The notes under the pieces are model-generated. The model saw only the letters and a program-made list of their open reading frames with translations. It made no database searches and had not been told where the DNA came from. The position numbers and the translations under genes are program-made. DNA of 32,000 nt from the NCBI GenBank assembly GCA_934613415.1, contig CAKTSY010000001.1, positions 180,001 to 212,000 on the forward strand, written 5' to 3'. Positions 1 to 8,978 of the stretch are shown here, in pieces (position 1 is the first letter of the stretch; each line of letters begins with the position of its first letter). This stretch comes from an uncultured Opitutales bacterium (GTDB taxonomy: Bacteria > Verrucomicrobiota > Verrucomicrobiia > Opitutales > Intestinicryptomonadaceae).

Positions 1-373
1 GAATGGAAGCGTTTGCCTGCGGAATAGGCCTTGCGCCGCAAAGAATGTGCGTAAAAGTTAATTCGGCAGTCGAAATTGTGTTGCCCGTGGGGGTGTTCAT
101 TACAACAACGCCGTTTTCGGTTGCGGCTTTCAAGTCGATATTGTCTACGCCAACACCCGCCCTGCCTACGGCCTTAAGTTCTTTTGCCGCAGACAATATA
201 TCGGAGGTAATCTTCGTTTCTGAGCGTACTATTACAGCACTTGCGTCTTTAATGAGTTCTTTGACCTTTTCGGGAGAAGAGCCGTACGCTTCTATTACTT
301 CAAAGCCCTCTTGTTGTTTGAGGAGTTCAACGCCTTTTGGCGATATTGGATCTGCTACTAATATTTTTTTCAT
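1..373 (-). CDS. serA: D-3-phosphoglycerate dehydrogenase, N-terminal part (gene runs off the left edge of the window)
   Basis: This gene is absent from the supplied ORF track. I translated the reverse complement by hand from ATG at 373..371: MKKILVADPISPKGVELLKQQEGFEVIEAYGSSPEKVKELIKDASAVIVRSETKITSDILSAAKELKAVGRAGVGVDNIDLKAATENGVVVMNTPTGNTISTAELTF... It has no stop through position 1. This is a typical SerA-type D-2-hydroxyacid dehydrogenase N-terminus with the RAGVGVDNID motif. The 3..395 plus-strand ORF is its antisense shadow. Confidence 0.8.
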   Translation of the reverse strand, partial: MKKILVADPISPKGVELLKQQEGFEVIEAYGSSPEKVKELIKDASAVIVRSETKITSDILSAAKELKAVGRAGVGVDNIDLKAATENGVVVMNTPTGNTISTAELTFTHILCGARPIPQANASI

Positions 374-509
374 ACCTTCGATAAGTAAAAATTAAAGACA
401 CCAATTAAAAAGCGTCTTGTAAAAAACGCAAACATATTTTGCGCAATAGACGCGCAAAGCCCGCTTTTTTGCAAAAAAAACGCCCTTTTAAACAAAATTG
501 TATAAATTT

Positions 510-1625
510 TTAGCAAAAACGCAATGCAACGGCGTCGACAAGCAAAAGCCCCTTTTTCGTTAGTCTTAGATTGCCGTTTTGCAAAATAGCCAAATTTTCG
601 GCAACTAAGTCGGATATTGTGGGCATATATTTTTTTGCATCGGCCAATGGGAATCGTTTTGCCAACTCGTTTAAATCAACGCCGCGCACCATTCTTAGCC
701 CGAAAATTATCGCCGACAAAAAGAGTTCTTCATTGTCTATCTTTTCGCTTTCCAGTTTAAAGCTTTTGTTTGTTTTAAGGGCATTGCACCAAAGTTTTAA
801 ATTTTCTATATTCTTGGAACGCACATTGTTATATTGGCTTGCCGCCCCGCTTGCAACCCCAACCCATTCGTACATATTCCAAGTGCCCAAATTGTGGGCA
901 CATTCGCACCCCGGCTTTGCGTAGTTAGAAATTTCGTAGCGGTAAAAGCCGTGTTCTTTTAGGCACAAGGCTGCAAATTCAACAAAATCTGCCTCCCTTT
1001 CTTCGTCGGCATTTGTTGCAATGCGCCCCGCGCAAAGCGGTGTTTTGCTTTCGTATTCTATGCAGTATGCGCTAATGTGGTTTAAAGGGTATTTTGCGGC
1101 AATTTCTATGTCGCGCGCAAAATCTTTTGTAGTTTGGCCATTTACCGCAAAAATAAAATCGGCGTTAAAATCGGCAAAATTTGCCGATGCAATCAAGTCT
1201 AAAGCCTCGTAGTTCTTTTTTGCCGAAACTTTGCGACCCAATGTTTGCAAAACCTTTTCGTTAAAACTTTGTATGCCAACCGAAATCCTCGAAACACCGC
1301 CCTCTTTTAAAATTTCTAATTTTTGCCTGTTTATTGAAAGCGGCGAAACTTCAACCGTAAATTCGCGCACGTTTTTTGTGTAGCTGCGCAAAATTTCCAT
1401 TAGGGCAGCCAGCTTTTTTTCGGGCAAAAACGAGGGCGTGCCCCCTCCTATAAATATGGTTTCTGGAGCAAAATCTTTGTACAGCGAAAGCTCGGTTTTT
1501 ACCCCCAATAGATAGTCGTCGAATGAATTTGGCGTTAAAGTTTCCTTATAAAAAGCGCAATAGTCGCACCTGTTTGCGCAAAAAGGCACATGCACATATA
1601 GCCCCAGCTTAGAGGGCGCGCGCAT
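510..1625 (-). CDS. hemW: Radical SAM family heme chaperone HemW / oxygen-independent coproporphyrinogen-III oxidase-like protein
   Basis: Carries the radical-SAM cluster motif HVPFCANRCDYCAFY and the GGGTPS motif, with a HemN-like C-terminal domain. The ORF is open to 1664, but the ATG at 1625 (MRAPSKLGLYVHVPFC) gives the usual short N-terminus and leaves room for divergent promoters. The start site is therefore uncertain. Confidence 0.8.
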   Translation of the reverse strand: MRAPSKLGLYVHVPFCANRCDYCAFYKETLTPNSFDDYLLGVKTELSLYKDFAPETIFIGGGTPSFLPEKKLAALMEILRSYTKNVREFTVEVSPLSINRQKLEILKEGGVSRISVGIQSFNEKVLQTLGRKVSAKKNYEALDLIASANFADFNADFIFAVNGQTTKDFARDIEIAAKYPLNHISAYCIEYESKTPLCAGRIATNADEEREADFVEFAALCLKEHGFYRYEISNYAKPGCECAHNLGTWNMYEWVGVASGAASQYNNVRSKNIENLKLWCNALKTNKSFKLESEKIDNEELFLSAIIFGLRMVRGVDLNELAKRFPLADAKKYMPTISDLVAENLAILQNGNLRLTKKGLLLVDAVALRFC

Positions 1626-1708
1626 TTTGTCGCAAAAATGGCAATGTTTGGCTTGCATATGCATTTCAAATAAATACTATATTGGCTATACAAGAAAATA
1701 TAAAGACT

Positions 1709-2770
1709 ATGTTTACAAATATTGCAAAAAAATTCGCACCAACGGCAATAGCACTTGCATCGCTCTTTTTTGCGGCGTGCTCGTCTATAACAAACATTAC
1801 GCCCGACACCGTTCCCGAAAATCCGTCGAGAACCTACACGCTTTCGATGAGCGCGTATATTAACGACGGCTCTATAATACAAAAGTCTATAGACCCCATT
1901 GTTGTGGTAGACGGCACCCCGCGCAAAATGAAGCCCGTTTCGGAACTTGAGGGCAAACGCTTTTACGAATACGAATATACAATGCCAACCGACAGGCAGG
2001 AGGCTAAATATTACTTTACCTTGAAATATAAGTCCGATATGGGCAGCAGCGGCATTGTAGAAAAGCAGATTTTCAGCCGCGATGTTTACAAATTGCAGCC
2101 CGCAACGCGCTATGTAATGTCGCTTCAATACGACAGAGGCCCCGTAGGCGCTGTTATTCCCGTTTTGGGCAGGGGCTTCGACAAGCTCGACAAAGTGTAT
2201 ATTGGCGGCGTTTTGGCAGACACAAAGTGCATTTCGCGCACAACGCTTAACTTTACAGTTCCCTCTTTGCAGGCTGGGCAAAGCTACGATGTTGAGGTGC
2301 GCAATAATGTAACCTCCATTTGGGTTGGGCAATTCCGCATAGATTCGGGCAACCTTTTAGTTTCGCCCACGCAGATAAATATAGAAAGCGGCTTAAGCCT
2401 TAATATGGTGTTCGACTTGGGCTTTAAAGCCCCCGAAGGCGGCTTCGAAATAGATGTAAAAACAAACATACCAAGCTCGATTGTCATGCCCGAAGTGGTT
2501 GTGCCCACAGGCAAAAGCAGCGTGGTTGTTCCCGTTAAATTCACTGTTCCCGCCAAAGGCGCACTTTATATAAACGCAAAGGGCTTTAACGAAAAAGTTG
2601 TTCCCATTAGCGTAAACGAAAGCGGCCTAAGCGAAATTTCCATAGAAGTTAAAAAAGACGCAAAAGAGGCGTTGGAAACTTCGGTAAACGCAAAGCCCGA
2701 AAACGCCTCTCAGCAAAAATCGCAGACAAAAGCAGGCAAGCCCGAAGAAATGACTGCCCCCGAAAAATAA
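1709..2770 (+). CDS. Hypothetical lipoprotein with IPT/TIG-like beta-sandwich region and Lys/Glu/Pro-rich tail
   Basis: Has a signal peptide with a lipobox (MFTNIAKKFAPTAIALASLFFAAC|SS). The segment VLGRGFDKLDKVYIGGVLADTKCISRTTLNFTVPSLQAGQSYDVEVRN looks like an IPT/TIG domain. The track start at 1682 is a TTG, so the ATG at 1709 is preferred. Confidence 0.6.
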   Translation: MFTNIAKKFAPTAIALASLFFAACSSITNITPDTVPENPSRTYTLSMSAYINDGSIIQKSIDPIVVVDGTPRKMKPVSELEGKRFYEYEYTMPTDRQEAKYYFTLKYKSDMGSSGIVEKQIFSRDVYKLQPATRYVMSLQYDRGPVGAVIPVLGRGFDKLDKVYIGGVLADTKCISRTTLNFTVPSLQAGQSYDVEVRNNVTSIWVGQFRIDSGNLLVSPTQINIESGLSLNMVFDLGFKAPEGGFEIDVKTNIPSSIVMPEVVVPTGKSSVVVPVKFTVPAKGALYINAKGFNEKVVPISVNESGLSEISIEVKKDAKEALETSVNAKPENASQQKSQTKAGKPEEMTAPEK

Positions 2771-2800
2771 TTTGGCAAATAAAAAAGGAGATTATTGCAA

Positions 2801-3706
2801 ATGAAAAAAAAGCGTGTTAAACAAGTTGCAAAAGCGGCAAACATTACAAGCAACCGCCTTAGCCCCAACACCGACAATATTCCCCAACCGCAGCCCATAG
2901 ACGGAGCGTTTTCGAATATGTCGGAAAGGATTATGCGCATTCAGCGCGACTTGCTTTTGCCCGCAATAATCTTCGAAGAAAAAAACATACAAAACACCGT
3001 TACGGTTTTCGGATCGGCAAGAATTAAGCCCGAAAAAGACGCAAACGCCCTTTTAAAGGCGGCAAAGGCTGCCTACGCAAAATCGGCTTCGGCAAAAAAT
3101 AAAAAAGCGTTGCAGGCGGCAAAAAACGCCGTTGAAATGTCGCACTACTACACTTGTGCCGAAGAGCTTTGCTCGAAAATCCAACAATGGGTAAACTGCC
3201 TAAGGCTGCCCGAAAGCGAAAAAATTCACATAATATCGGGCGGCGGCCCGGGCATTATGGAGGCGGCAAACAAGGGGGCTTGCAAGTCGGGCGGCAAAAC
3301 CGCAGGGCTTACAATTTCAATCCCCGACGAACAACGCAGAAACGACTATATTTCCGACGATTTGTGGATTAACTTTAACTACTTTTTAACCCGCAAATTC
3401 TGGTTGCTGTTTTTCTCGAAGGCAATAATCGTGTTCCCCGGAGGCACCGGCACTTTAGACGAATTTTTTGAAGTTTACACGCTTATTAAAACACAAAAAA
3501 CGCCATTCTATATGCCAATAATTTTGTTCGGCAAAAAGTTTTGGAACAAGCTTATAGATTTTAACTACCTTGTGCAGACCGATGTTGTAGGCGAAAAAGA
3601 TCTGGAACTTTTCAAGTTGGTAGACACTGTAGACGAAGCCTTTGAATACGTAAAGGAAGGCATTTCAAAATACATTTCGGCAAAACTTGGGAGGAATGTA
3701 GAATAA
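2801..3706 (+). CDS. LOG family (TIGR00730-type) nucleotide 5'-monophosphate nucleosidase / lysine-decarboxylase-like protein
   Basis: Contains the motifs VTVFGSARI, SGGGPGIMEAANKGA and the diagnostic PGGTGTLDEFFE. An AAGGAG Shine-Dalgarno at 2785..2790 lies 10 nt upstream of the ATG at 2801. The track start at 2795 is a TTG. Confidence 0.8.
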   Translation: MKKKRVKQVAKAANITSNRLSPNTDNIPQPQPIDGAFSNMSERIMRIQRDLLLPAIIFEEKNIQNTVTVFGSARIKPEKDANALLKAAKAAYAKSASAKNKKALQAAKNAVEMSHYYTCAEELCSKIQQWVNCLRLPESEKIHIISGGGPGIMEAANKGACKSGGKTAGLTISIPDEQRRNDYISDDLWINFNYFLTRKFWLLFFSKAIIVFPGGTGTLDEFFEVYTLIKTQKTPFYMPIILFGKKFWNKLIDFNYLVQTDVVGEKDLELFKLVDTVDEAFEYVKEGISKYISAKLGRNVE

Positions 3707-3713
3707 ACTTGCT

Positions 3714-3750
3714 AAAAAGACGCCTTAAAATCTTTAAGGCGTCTTTTTTT
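3714..3750 (+). terminator. Rho-independent terminator downstream of the LOG gene
   Basis: Perfect inverted repeat aagacgccttaaa / tttaaggcgtctt (3717..3729 and 3733..3745), followed by a T-run to 3750. Confidence 0.75.
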
Positions 3751-3884
3751 GCACACGTTTGGCTCAAAATATTTTTCTTAAAAAAAACTCTTTGCTATTG
3801 CCTAACGCAAAAAATGAAGATTGCAAAAGCTTTGTATTTGCAAAGCGTAAAGACCGTAAAAAAACTAGCACATTAGCAAAGCGC

Positions 3885-3918
3885 AAAAAAATGCCGCCCA
3901 AACGGACGGCATTTTTTA
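3885..3918 (-). terminator. Probable terminator downstream of hppA
   Basis: The 6-bp stem atgccg (3891..3896) / cggcat (3907..3912) is flanked by an A-run on one side and a T-run on the other. On the minus strand the hairpin is followed by a run of Ts. The stem is short. Confidence 0.45.
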
Positions 3919-3936
3919 TTTAAATATTCTAAACTT

Positions 3937-6156
3937 TTAGAATATCGAGAATGTTACGGTAAAGCCCGCCATAACAATGGCAACCATACTCATAAGCTTA
4001 ATAAGAATGTTAAGCGAGGGCCCTGAAGTGTCTTTGAAGGGGTCGCCTACAGTGTCGCCAATAACGGCCGCCTTATGCGACGAAGAGCCTTTGCCGCCAT
4101 AGTTGCCCTGTTCGATGAACTTCTTTGCGTTGTCCCACGCGCCGCCGCTGTTTGCCATAAACACAGCCAAAACAAAGCCCGATGCCAATGCGCCGGCAAG
4201 CAAGCCCAAAACGCCGGCAACACCAAATATTATGCCCATCAAAACGGGAGCTAAAACCGCCAACATTGCGGGAAATATCATTTCCTTTTGAGCTGCTTTT
4301 GTAGAAATTGCAACGCAGCTTGCATAGTCGGGCTCGGCCTTGCCTTCCATAATGCCCGGTATTTCCCTAAACTGGCGGCGAACTTCGTTTACCATTTGGT
4401 TTGCAGCTCTTCCCACTGCGTTCATTGTAAGCCCGCAGAATAAAAACGACATCATAGAACCCAAGAACAAGCCCATAAGAACTCTGGGATTCATCAAATT
4501 AACCTCGTAAACGTTCATAAAGTCTACCAACGAGGCACTGTCTAACTTTTTGCCCAAAGCGTTAAAGGCTGCAATAATTTGGTCTACCGTGGCGTTTTTA
4601 CCTGCCGAGTGCATAAGACCAATGCGCAATTCTTCTACATACGAAGCCAACAAAGCCAAAGCGGTGAGAGCCGCAGAGCCTATTGCAAAACCCTTGCCTG
4701 TTGCCGCCGTTGTGTTGCCCAAAGAATCCAACATATCGGTTCTGCGGCGAACTTCTATGCCCAAGCCCGACATTTCGGCGTTGCCGCCCGCGTTGTCGGC
4801 AATGGGGCCGTAGGCGTCGGTTGCCAAAGTAATGCCCAAAGTAGAAAGCATACCAACTGCCGCAATACCAATGCCGTAAAGGCCGTCGGCCATATTCGAA
4901 AAGTCGCCGCCTGCGGAAAATAGGAATGCCATAACAGTGCCTACAACTATCAAAAGCACCGGCCAGCATGTAGAAAGCATACCCGTACCCATACCCGCAA
5001 TAATAACGGTAGCCGGCCCAGTTTGCGCCTGTTCTGCAATCTTTTTAGTGGGGTTATAGGCTTCGGAAGTGTAGTATTCGGTAACCTTGCCTATCAATAT
5101 ACCTGTTACTAAACCAACTATAATTGCGGCCCATTTGCCCACATAGTTGGGCAAGTCCAAGAAATGCAATACCAAGAAAGACGCAACCAAAATGCAAACC
5201 GAGCTTACATTTACGCCCTTGCCTAGCGCGCCCAACAACTGCTTGCTGGAAGCCCCTTTCTTTACCCTTACGCAATAGATGCCGATAATAGAAAGAATTG
5301 TGCCAACGGCGGCAATAATCATTGGGGCTAAAACAGCCTTGATTTGAATATCGGCACTAGTGCCCATATAGGAGGCGGCTCCCAATGCGGCTGTAGCCAA
5401 AATAGAACCGCAATAAGATTCGTAAAGGTCTGCGCCCATACCTGCAACATCGCCTACGTTGTCGCCAACATTGTCGGCAATTGTGGCGGGGTTGCGCGGG
5501 TCGTCTTCGGGAATGCCGGCTTCTACCTTGCCAACTAAGTCGGCGCCAACGTCGGCAGCTTTTGTGAATATGCCGCCGCCTACGCGTGCAAACAATGCCT
5601 GCAACGAAGCACCCATACCGAATGTAAGCATTGTGGTTGTAATAACAACCATCTTATGCTGGGTAGAAACGCCTTCTACAAAGTAGTTTAAAATTATAAA
5701 CCACATCGAAATATCGAACAAAGCCAAGCCTACAACAACTAGCCCCATAACCGCGCCCGAGCGGAACGCAACCCTAAGGCCGTGGTCCAGCGAGTTGTTT
5801 GCCGCCCAAGCCGCCCTGCTCGAGGCATACGTTGCGGTTTTCATACCGAAAAAGCCCGCCAAGCCCGAGAAAAAGCCGCCAGTTAAGAACGCAAATGGAA
5901 CCCAGCCGTTTTGCACGCCAATTCCATAGGCCAAATAAGAGAAGAACATAGTAAGAATAACAAACACCATGCCAACAATCTTATACTGCTGTTTTAAGTA
6001 TGCCAAAGCCCCCGCGCGAACGTGCGAGGCAATCTTTTGCATTAGTTCGGTTCCCGCGTTTTCGCCCTTCATCTTGGAATAGAACATTCCGGCGAAGAAC
6101 AACGCTATCAGCGAGGCCAAAGGCACAAGCCAGAACAATACGTTAATATCTTTCAT
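3937..6156 (-). CDS. hppA: Membrane-bound ion-translocating pyrophosphatase (K+-dependent subfamily signature)
   Basis: A 739-aa polytopic membrane protein with canonical M-PPase motifs: [49 protein letters not shown] and [17 protein letters not shown]. The [10 protein letters not shown] motif (4690..4719) carries Ala and Gly where K+-independent enzymes carry Lys and Thr. Confidence 0.95.
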   Translation of the reverse strand: MKDINVLFWLVPLASLIALFFAGMFYSKMKGENAGTELMQKIASHVRAGALAYLKQQYKIVGMVFVILTMFFSYLAYGIGVQNGWVPFAFLTGGFFSGLAGFFGMKTATYASSRAAWAANNSLDHGLRVAFRSGAVMGLVVVGLALFDISMWFIILNYFVEGVSTQHKMVVITTTMLTFGMGASLQALFARVGGGIFTKAADVGADLVGKVEAGIPEDDPRNPATIADNVGDNVGDVAGMGADLYESYCGSILATAALGAASYMGTSADIQIKAVLAPMIIAAVGTILSIIGIYCVRVKKGASSKQLLGALGKGVNVSSVCILVASFLVLHFLDLPNYVGKWAAIIVGLVTGILIGKVTEYYTSEAYNPTKKIAEQAQTGPATVIIAGMGTGMLSTCWPVLLIVVGTVMAFLFSAGGDFSNMADGLYGIGIAAVGMLSTLGITLATDAYGPIADNAGGNAEMSGLGIEVRRRTDMLDSLGNTTAATGKGFAIGSAALTALALLASYVEELRIGLMHSAGKNATVDQIIAAFNALGKKLDSASLVDFMNVYEVNLMNPRVLMGLFLGSMMSFLFCGLTMNAVGRAANQMVNEVRRQFREIPGIMEGKAEPDYASCVAISTKAAQKEMIFPAMLAVLAPVLMGIIFGVAGVLGLLAGALASGFVLAVFMANSGGAWDNAKKFIEQGNYGGKGSSSHKAAVIGDTVGDPFKDTSGPSLNILIKLMSMVAIVMAGFTVTFSIF

Positions 6157-6190
6157 AATAATCTTTATACAATGTTAAAAAAATCTACAA

Positions 6191-6227
6191 GAAAGCCCCC
6201 CGCACAAAAACGACGCGCAAGGGGGCG
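6191..6227 (-). terminator. Probable terminator of the 6238..7014 gene
   Basis: A GC-rich stem, gcccccc (6195..6201) / gggggc (6221..6226), is followed on the minus strand by tttcttgtagattttttt. The loop is rather long (about 19 nt). Confidence 0.45.
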
Positions 6228-6237
6228 TTAAAATTAT

Positions 6238-7014
6238 TTATTCTCCGAAGGCCGTAAGCGCGCTTCTCCACCAATTAAAGTGTTTGTTCTCCAAATCTTC
6301 GCGCGAGGGCATTGGGTAATACAGCATTTCGTTGTTGTCGCCAACATAAAAACCGTTCTTTACGGTTCTATACAAAATTTCGCCGTTCATTCTGCGCACA
6401 ACAACCTTGTTGTTTTTGCCCGATTTAGAATTTACCTGCGACAAACAATCCCTTAGGTGCTCCATATTCGCATACGGCAAGTCTTCTTCTATGGCAATGT
6501 CGGGGTGTTTTTCGAAGTTGCCCAGCCTTAAATCGCAAAAGGCAATTTTGGGGGTGTTTATAAGTCTGTCGGGGCTAGTTAGCCTTTTTACATATTCTGC
6601 AGGGTTAAGCGCGCTGGCAACTCTGGGTTTTACGGGGCCTAAATCTTGATACAAGTAAAGGTGAACGTTGTCTTCGGGCACAAATTCGCCCTTGTCTAGC
6701 TTAAGGGTTTTGCCGTCGCTTGTAGTTAAATAAAGGCTTTTAAGCGCGCTTAGGGGAATGTGTTCTAACACCCTGTAAACCGAAAGGTAAACCGACTTGT
6801 GCGGCGAACCGTCTTTGTGCGGTTGGCAAAGTTCGTCTATCTTGGAAAGGGGGAAATAGTCGCTTTCAAAATTCTTTTCGACTTCAAAAAATATCGCCTG
6901 CGCGTTGTTGTGGTGCGAAGTACCGGTTGCATAGTACGAACCGAACTCTTCGGGAGCCAAATTAGATGCAATTAACGCCTCGGGGATTAATGATAAGTAT
7001 AGATATTGATTCAT
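6238..7014 (-). CDS. Hypothetical protein (258 aa), function unknown
   Basis: A clean 258-aa ORF with an ATG start and its own downstream hairpin. It is predicted soluble, with no signal peptide or TM segment, and I recognise no motif in it (begins MNQYLYLSLIPEALIASNLAPEEFGSYYATG...). Confidence 0.6.
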   Translation of the reverse strand: MNQYLYLSLIPEALIASNLAPEEFGSYYATGTSHHNNAQAIFFEVEKNFESDYFPLSKIDELCQPHKDGSPHKSVYLSVYRVLEHIPLSALKSLYLTTSDGKTLKLDKGEFVPEDNVHLYLYQDLGPVKPRVASALNPAEYVKRLTSPDRLINTPKIAFCDLRLGNFEKHPDIAIEEDLPYANMEHLRDCLSQVNSKSGKNNKVVVRRMNGEILYRTVKNGFYVGDNNEMLYYPMPSREDLENKHFNWWRSALTAFGE

Positions 7015-7188
7015 CGTCTTATTATTTTTGTTTTATGTTCGGCAAAATAACTTTCACCGCAAAGACTCTTGCATTTTTATTTTTTTCGGGCAAGCATTTT
7101 ATTCTTTAAAAATTGTTTTTTTGCCCTACCATTATCTACATTTACAAAAAACCGAAAAGCCGAAAGACTTTTAATATAATATTTCATT

Positions 7189-8034
7189 ATGGATATAAAA
7201 CCGGAAATTTCCGTAGAATTTTTCCCTCCAAAAACCGAGGAAGGCGCGCGCCAGATTTTGCGCACCGCAAACAAGATAAAAAACTGCAATGTAAAATATG
7301 CGTCTATAACCTACGGAGCCGGCGGAACAACGCGCGAGCGCACGGTAGAATACGCATCGCTTTTGGGCGAAATTTTTAATTTTAATATGATGCCCCACCT
7401 AACGTGCGTAGAGCACTCGGTAGACGACCTAAGGCAAATGCTTAGGTTGTATCAAAATTCGGGGCTAACCCGCGTTATGGCACTAAGGGGCGACCCTCCA
7501 AAAAATTCCGCCGAATTTAGGGCACACCCAAACGGGCTAAAACACGCAAGCGAGCTTGTTTCGCTTATAAAAAGCGAGTTCCCGTCCTTTAAGGTATATG
7601 CAGCCTGCTACCCCGAAAAGCACTTCGAGGCAAAAACCCTTCAAGAAGATATTGCCCACTTAAAAATAAAGGCCGACTGCGGAGTAGACTATTTCATTTC
7701 GCAACTGTTTTTCGAAAATTCGCACTTCTACAAATTTATGGATATGTGCGAAACGGCGGGCATTACGCAGCCGATAATTCCGGGGCTGCTTCCCGCATTG
7801 TCGTTCGAGCAGGTACAAAAATTCTGCACAATGTCGAACGCGTATTTGCCCGAAGAATTGGCAGAAAAGCTTAAAAACGCCCCCGACGCCGAAAGCGCGC
7901 GCAAAATAGGAACCGAATGGACTTTGGCGCAAATTAAAGACCTGCTAGCCCACGGGGTAAACCGCTTCCATCTATATATAGTAAACAGGTCCGACTCTGC
8001 AGTAAGCATTTTAAACTCTCTAAAAAATTTATAA
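7189..8034 (+). CDS. metF: 5,10-methylenetetrahydrofolate reductase
   Basis: Contains the MetF motifs SVEFFPPKT, ITYGAGGTTRE, MPHLTC and ALRGDPP, and has the typical length of 281 aa. Confidence 0.9.
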   Translation: MDIKPEISVEFFPPKTEEGARQILRTANKIKNCNVKYASITYGAGGTTRERTVEYASLLGEIFNFNMMPHLTCVEHSVDDLRQMLRLYQNSGLTRVMALRGDPPKNSAEFRAHPNGLKHASELVSLIKSEFPSFKVYAACYPEKHFEAKTLQEDIAHLKIKADCGVDYFISQLFFENSHFYKFMDMCETAGITQPIIPGLLPALSFEQVQKFCTMSNAYLPEELAEKLKNAPDAESARKIGTEWTLAQIKDLLAHGVNRFHLYIVNRSDSAVSILNSLKNL

Positions 8035-8049
8035 TATAAAAGGAAAAAT

Positions 8050-8946
8050 ATGAACGACACCCAATTCAAAGAAAAATACGAATCGCTTCGCAAAGCTGTA
8101 GAAAACGGCATAGACAAATATCTTCCCACGGAAGACACAAGACCCGCCGATTTGCACAAGGCAATGCGCTACAGCCTTAAGGCCGGCGGCAAAAGAATAC
8201 GCCCCATTCTGCTTATGGCCGCCCAGGAAATGCTCGACGGCGACATAGACCCCGTTCCCGCATGCGTTGCAATAGAGTCGTTGCACACCTACACTTTAAT
8301 TCACGACGACCTTCCCGCAATAGACAATTCCGACCTAAGGCGCGGTGTGCCAACCTGCCACAAAGTATTTGGCGAACCCCTTGCCCTTTTGGCTGGCGAC
8401 GCACTTTTAACGTACTCGCTTTGGCTTTTGGCAGAAAGCTATAAAGACCACCCCGAAATTGCGACCGACCTTGTGCGCGATTTGGGCCACGCCGCAGGTA
8501 GCGAAAAGCTTATAGGCGGCCAGGTAGAAGACGTAATGAACGAGAAAAACGGCGAGAATATGACCCCCGAAAAGCTCGTTTACATTCACGACAACAAAAC
8601 CGCCGCCTTGATTACAAGCGCGGTAACAATGGGGGTAAGATTGTCGAAATCGTGCACTAAAGAACATTTGGAAACTGCAAGGCAAATAGGATATAACATT
8701 GGCTTGGCGTTTCAGGTTATAGACGACATTTTAGACGCAACCTCCGACACCGAAACGATGGGAAAAACCGTAAGGCTAGACGCGCAAAACAACAAGATGA
8801 CCTATGCCACCCTTTACGGAATAGAAAAAGCGCGCGAAATTGCCGCCGACCTTACCAACAAAGCCGTTGCCTTGTGCGACAAAATGGGCAAGAACAACGA
8901 GTTTATGAAAGCCCTAATCGAGCACATGCAAAACAGAATACGCTAA
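8050..8946 (+). CDS. ispA: Polyprenyl (farnesyl/geranylgeranyl) diphosphate synthase
   Basis: Carries both aspartate-rich motifs: LIHDDLPAIDNSDLRRG (first) and FQVIDDILD (second). Also has GGKRIRP. Product chain length cannot be determined from the sequence. Confidence 0.85.
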   Translation: MNDTQFKEKYESLRKAVENGIDKYLPTEDTRPADLHKAMRYSLKAGGKRIRPILLMAAQEMLDGDIDPVPACVAIESLHTYTLIHDDLPAIDNSDLRRGVPTCHKVFGEPLALLAGDALLTYSLWLLAESYKDHPEIATDLVRDLGHAAGSEKLIGGQVEDVMNEKNGENMTPEKLVYIHDNKTAALITSAVTMGVRLSKSCTKEHLETARQIGYNIGLAFQVIDDILDATSDTETMGKTVRLDAQNNKMTYATLYGIEKAREIAADLTNKAVALCDKMGKNNEFMKALIEHMQNRIR

Positions 8947-8978
8947 AACAAAAATTCAAAAAGGAGACTCTCTCTAAA

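Noticed and set aside
3-395. A 130-aa plus-strand ORF at the left edge
   Set aside because: It is the antisense shadow of serA. The minus strand reads a clean SerA N-terminus from ATG 373, while the plus-frame product is low-complexity with no motifs.
1535-2332. A 265-aa minus-strand ORF overlapping hemW and the lipoprotein gene
   Set aside because: It spans two real divergent genes and their promoter region. Its composition is Arg/Cys/Asn-rich and typical of an antisense frame, with no motifs.
3814-3876. A 20-codon small ORF (MKIAKALYLQSVKTVKKLAH) in the LOG/hppA convergent spacer
   Set aside because: It has no Shine-Dalgarno and lies between two terminators, downstream of both genes. There is no supporting signal.
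7015-7188. A possible SAM or THF riboswitch upstream of metF
   Set aside because: It has no S-box or THF conserved cores and is an AT-rich sequence without extended helices. It is most simply a divergent promoter region. A TATAAT sits at 7174..7179, just upstream of the ATG.
8874-8978. An upstream in-frame extension of the fabV ORF (35 codons)
   Set aside because: It overlaps the end of ispA. The ATG at 8979 has an AAGGAG Shine-Dalgarno and yields the canonical MIVEPK... FabV N-terminus.
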